From Octopus sinensis (Eukaryota): a stretch of DNA of 64,000 bases. Each line of letters opens with the position of its first letter. Position 1 is the stretch's first letter. The position numbers and the translations under genes are program-made. Shown here in pieces: positions 59,971 to 64,000 of this stretch. Below the pieces are notes generated by a model. The model was not told the origin of the DNA and searched no databases. It saw only the letters and a list, made by a program, of their open reading frames with translations. The stretch lies in assembly GCF_006345805.1 (NCBI RefSeq), contig NC_043007.1, forward strand, positions 50,034,001 to 50,098,000, given 5' to 3'.

Positions 59971-62900
59971 TGGTTTCTTCTATTTGCCAACAGGGCGAAG
60001 GATGAGGAGACAATACAAAAACAGACAGTGTGTGTGTGGGGTGGAGGGTTACATATAATGGAATGATAAAATAAAAACTATACATGGTGTGCATTTGAAG
60101 ATCCTCTAGGGATAATGAAGGAACCCCACCTTCCACCTGCAGTAACAAGAACAAGAGCCCACTCCAACTTCTATCTTCCGACTCACAGTTTTACACTGAT
60201 ACCATCCACTCTTGCCACTTTTGCAACTTTCACCCACTTTTTGATAAATTCACTCGAGGACAGCACCTCATTCTCCACCCCCAGTTTCTTTTTGAAGTGA
60301 AACTTGAAAAAGACGATGAGGGTTTTACCAAAGAGGTATGTTTCTGTCTCATTCCTTTTAACCTCGTCCACCAGATAGCCTCTTTTGCAGCAGCCACTAG
60401 ACAAAGGAAAACTGCCTCGCCACTCCTGCTACTAATCTTCTATAAATATCTAAAGTGGAACACCCACCGATCCAGTTTCCCGACTTGTAGAGGACAGTGA
60501 GCGCCTGACGGCATTCAAAGGGGCCAGGCGCCTTTTCTCGGCCTATCCTTTACTCAAGACTGCAGATCCGTCAAGGAGACGATCTGCGGAAAGCTGTCTC
60601 ACAAACGGAGCCCACGCACGTTCACCTTCTAGAAATCGATGCAGGTGGTGCAACCTAAGTGCGTGTCTGCGAATTAAAATCCTAAGCTGTCACGCAAAAG
60701 AAGTTGGCACCAGATTGACCACTAGAACGCGTCCTTTCCACAAGAAAATAAACAAGATACGCTCCAATCTAATCAAGCAAGGCACAACGGTCAGACAATG
60801 ACAGAGCAATGTAGGCATTCGCCACCTTTGCTCGACCTTTCAGGGACACCTTTCTCTCTGCCTATTTCTGAGTAAGAGAGGTCACCCTGTTATCACCTCT
60901 TCCCAATTCTTATCCACCTAGGAAGTCGGGGATCAAACCAGATCCCGAGCAGTTTAATTGGTCAGTCAGTCCAGCGTCCGACGACATCGATCTGCCTCTT
61001 CAGGTGTCCAGTTGCAATCCCACCGACTTGTCGACATTGGCTTTAGCCCCAGCAACCGACACTTATTCCTTTACAATGGAGCCAACGGTTTTCACTTCGG
61101 AGGCGTCCGACATCATGACGGTGACGTACGCTTATGCAGACACTACCCTCCTTAGTCCAATTTCGAAAGGGAAGCCTCTTAACTGTTGCAACTTCTGCAA
61201 CAGTGGCTCGAGAGCCAGCACATAGAGGAGAGGCGACAGCGGGCAGCACTGACGGACCGAACGTGTGATACTAAACGGTTCCGATAGATGACCATTTACT
61301 TTGACCACTAAGCCGGTGCCGCTGTGCATTGCAGCAATCCAGCCTCAGGAAACGGGTCTGAAACCGGCCGCTTTAAGGACAGCTTCTAAGTAGCGATGGT
61401 CTACCCTATCGAAAGATTTTGACTGATCTAAATTGATCAAGGCTCCACCGAAGCCAGCTTTAGTCCCAGTCCTCTCTACGATGTATCGCATAAGGTGGAG
61501 GTTGTCGTGGATAGACCTGCTCGGGATTGCACACGTTTGTGCCTCCCTGGCCAGACTACCAACGGCAAGCACCAACCTTTTCACTAACACTTTGGCCAAA
61601 ATCTTAAACTCTGTGTTTAGCAGAGTTATGGGCCGAAAAGCCCCTAACACGTCCCCATTGTCGACGTCCTTTCCCAGCAGTGTTACTACACCCTGGATGA
61701 CAGCACTAAGAACTCTCCCGTTCTGCTACTAGTTACTGTAGATATCTGCCAAGAGGCTGCCAAACAAATCTGGCATGGAAACAGAATTCGTAGGGCAGAC
61801 CATCCAAACCGGGCGATTTGCGACTTGTGCAGTTGGTCATCACCTCCTGTATTTCAGAGGTTGTAATCGGATTATCCTTATCCTCCGACTTAAGAAATAC
61901 TCTATCTAAATACGATCTGGATGACCCGCTGTGGTTGCTCCATGTCTACACTGGCACATCAGAGAAATCCAGTCGGTATCAGTCAGAAAGCTGGTAAGTC
62001 CTGAGTAGGTTTTCAAGGCTTTTACACCTCCTTCTGCTATGTACTAAACCCACACAGTGCTTTCGTGCGTCCAAAATACTATACCAGTCCCCCACTAGTA
62101 CTAAAGTGCGAGACGTTCCCAAGAATGTTTCTAGGAGCCTGAAGAAATCTGACTTTTCAGCCCCCTTTTGGGAATAGACCGCCACTAGTCTCAAGGTGCC
62201 ACCTTCACTGCCATTCACGTCCAGGATCACGAACATACACCCGGATCCAGGAAGATAGCCCGCACTGAGCGATCTAAACATTTCCAAGGTAGATCTGCGA
62301 CACCGCCATCTGCTCCCAATAGACCACAAGATGAGAATACCTCGTAGTCTTCGAAAATGGATGGTAGTCAGAGAAATAAAATGAGGAAGTTACTCACATT
62401 GGTTTTCGAGAAACCCAGAAGTTCCGAGCTTCTCTACTGGCAAAAATGTTTTAAAAGACCTTCCGACAGCCTTTTATCAATAGATTTTTTTAAATGCCCA
62501 TACTTCTGGGAATTTTTCTGTCATGGTTTTATTAACGTCCTACGGCGTTTTAAGAAGGAGTCTGTCCTTGGATTGTGGGAGAAGGTGTAGGAGTCTTGTG
62601 CACTTGTTTATGATTTTGCACTTGTGGTACTTGTAATATTGGTTGTGGTGAGACTTCATTTTTCTTTGTTTCAGGAAAGAAACATTTAAGTGTTCTACAG
62701 ATTCACATTTATGGCATTTTGGCTTTCTACCCTCCACGAACACTGACAGATGAGTGCCATTCGGGAGATCGATTAAATCGGGCAGCTGGTCTATATGGTC
62801 CTGCTTGTATTGCATGGTCAGTTCCATACCTATACCTAACCACTTTTGCTTAGGTAGTTTCTTGACGTCCAGTATTGTGACTTCGTCTTCTTTTAAACCT

Positions 62901-63097
62901 GTCAAGACGGTCATCACTAAACCAGGTAATGGATATTTCTGGTAGCACATTCAGCACCCTAATCTTTGCAAGGCGTTGGGCGCGATAGCTGGAGATTAAG
63001 AAAAAATAGTCATTGTTCAAAGTTGTTGCGGAATCACATTTAGCTTCTTCTTCTGTCCCATATCTCACTTCAATGGTTCCAAACTTCTTTCCTCCGG
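59971..63097 (-). mobile_element. Tx1/L1-like LINE, decayed and internally deleted (ORF1 zinc knuckle, APE, RT, C-terminus, 3' UTR)
   Basis: ORF1: VFVEGRKPKCHKCESVEH. APE: LRLVAVYS..LVLVGDW. RT: FRPITLLNTEFKILAK, LDQSKSFDRVDH, VRQCCPLSPLLY. C-terminus: EAIWWTRLKG. Confidence 0.9.
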
Positions 63098-63144
<47 letters not shown>

Positions 63145-63169
63145 ATAATAATAATAATAATAATAATAA

Positions 63170-63600
63170 ATGCAAAGATCCTATAGGATTCTATGATTCA
63201 GTGCGATCATGAGATTGAGAATAAGAAGCCGGACATAATCTTAATTGAGAAAGAAGACAAACTATGCTCGATCATAGACATAGCACGCCCAGCTGCCAAT
63301 AAAGTATGGCATAAGGAAGAAAGAAAAGTCGAGAGATATTACAGGTTAGCTTGGGAAGTTAAGCAGTTGTGATCGATGAAAAAGGGAGCAGTAGTACCTA
63401 TAATTGTCGGAGCCCTGAGAACAGTGAGCAAAAATCTCGAGAAGTACGTGGAAGAAATAAGGCTGCAATAAGGGTGGGGCACTTGCAGAAAACAGCACTG
63501 ATTGGAACCGCTCGAATACTCCGGAAGGTGCTCGTGGAGGGTAGAAAGCCAAATATGAGGTGTTACCTTAGTTCACTGGTAGTGAACAGCTGACACTGTA
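63170..63600 (+). mobile_element. Dong/R4-like LINE 3' fragment (RLE domain)
   Basis: IENKKPDIILIEK...IIDIARP...KVERY..LAWEVKQL; VVPIIVGAL; LQKTALIGTARILRKVL. Preceded by (ACT)n/(AAT)n. Confidence 0.85.
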
Positions 63601-63828
63601 GAACATCTCCAGTGTTAGAAGCTGTGCAAAGGCAATGAATGAATAAATAAATAAATAAATAAATAATAAAAATTATAATAATAATAAAAACAACAACAGA
63701 ACCAACACCCACAGCAACAACAATGACAGCAGCCACAACAACAAACAACAACATATATAATATGTAATCGCGTATTTGTATATTACTCCTTGTGCATGAA
63801 AGTATGCATACATAAATACATATATATA

Positions 63829-63877
<49 letters not shown>

Positions 63878-64000
63878 GTATACAATTCTATGTATGTGTA
63901 TATGTGTGCATATTTTTGTAGAGGCCAAAAGTCCCTTGGTGGTGTTGGTATTGGTGGTGGTAAATATTTATAGTCATGTTAACACGACTGTTGATATGGA

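Noticed and set aside
1-64000. Dozens of ORFs such as YIYIYI, MYVC, THTH, poly-I/L/S/N/R
   Set aside because: They are translations of (TA)n, (TATG)n, (CA)n, (TAA)n and (TTC)n microsatellites, which lack stop codons in some frames.

Overview
This is 64 kb of AT-rich, microsatellite-saturated eukaryotic DNA. It is most likely an intron or intergenic region of an octopus genome, inferred from the recurrent tRNA-derived SINE families and the Dong/R4, RTE-BovB and Penelope mix; I could not run a search to confirm this. There is no intact protein-coding gene, rRNA, bona fide tRNA or CRISPR array, and most ORFs in the track are translations of microsatellites. The window is a nested graveyard of decayed mobile elements: Penelope-like elements (PLEs), Dong/R4, Tx1/L1, CR1-like and RTE-BovB LINEs, Helitrons, hAT and Tc1/mariner remnants, MITEs and SINEs. 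The main hidden signal is that five distinct non-coding repeat families carry type I hammerhead-ribozyme (HHR) folds (stem I - CUGANGA-like core - stem II - GAAA - short self-complementary stem III - NUH - stem I). All are arranged as inverted or fold-back structures in or beside (TA)n tracts. One of them (41-888) looks like a ~484-nt head-to-tail monomer with no recognisable coding content, i.e. a candidate retrozyme-like unit. Two separate retroelements show 5' inversions with twin-priming geometry. Two weak candidate host exons lie on the minus strand. All structures were paired by eye; none were computed or tested.
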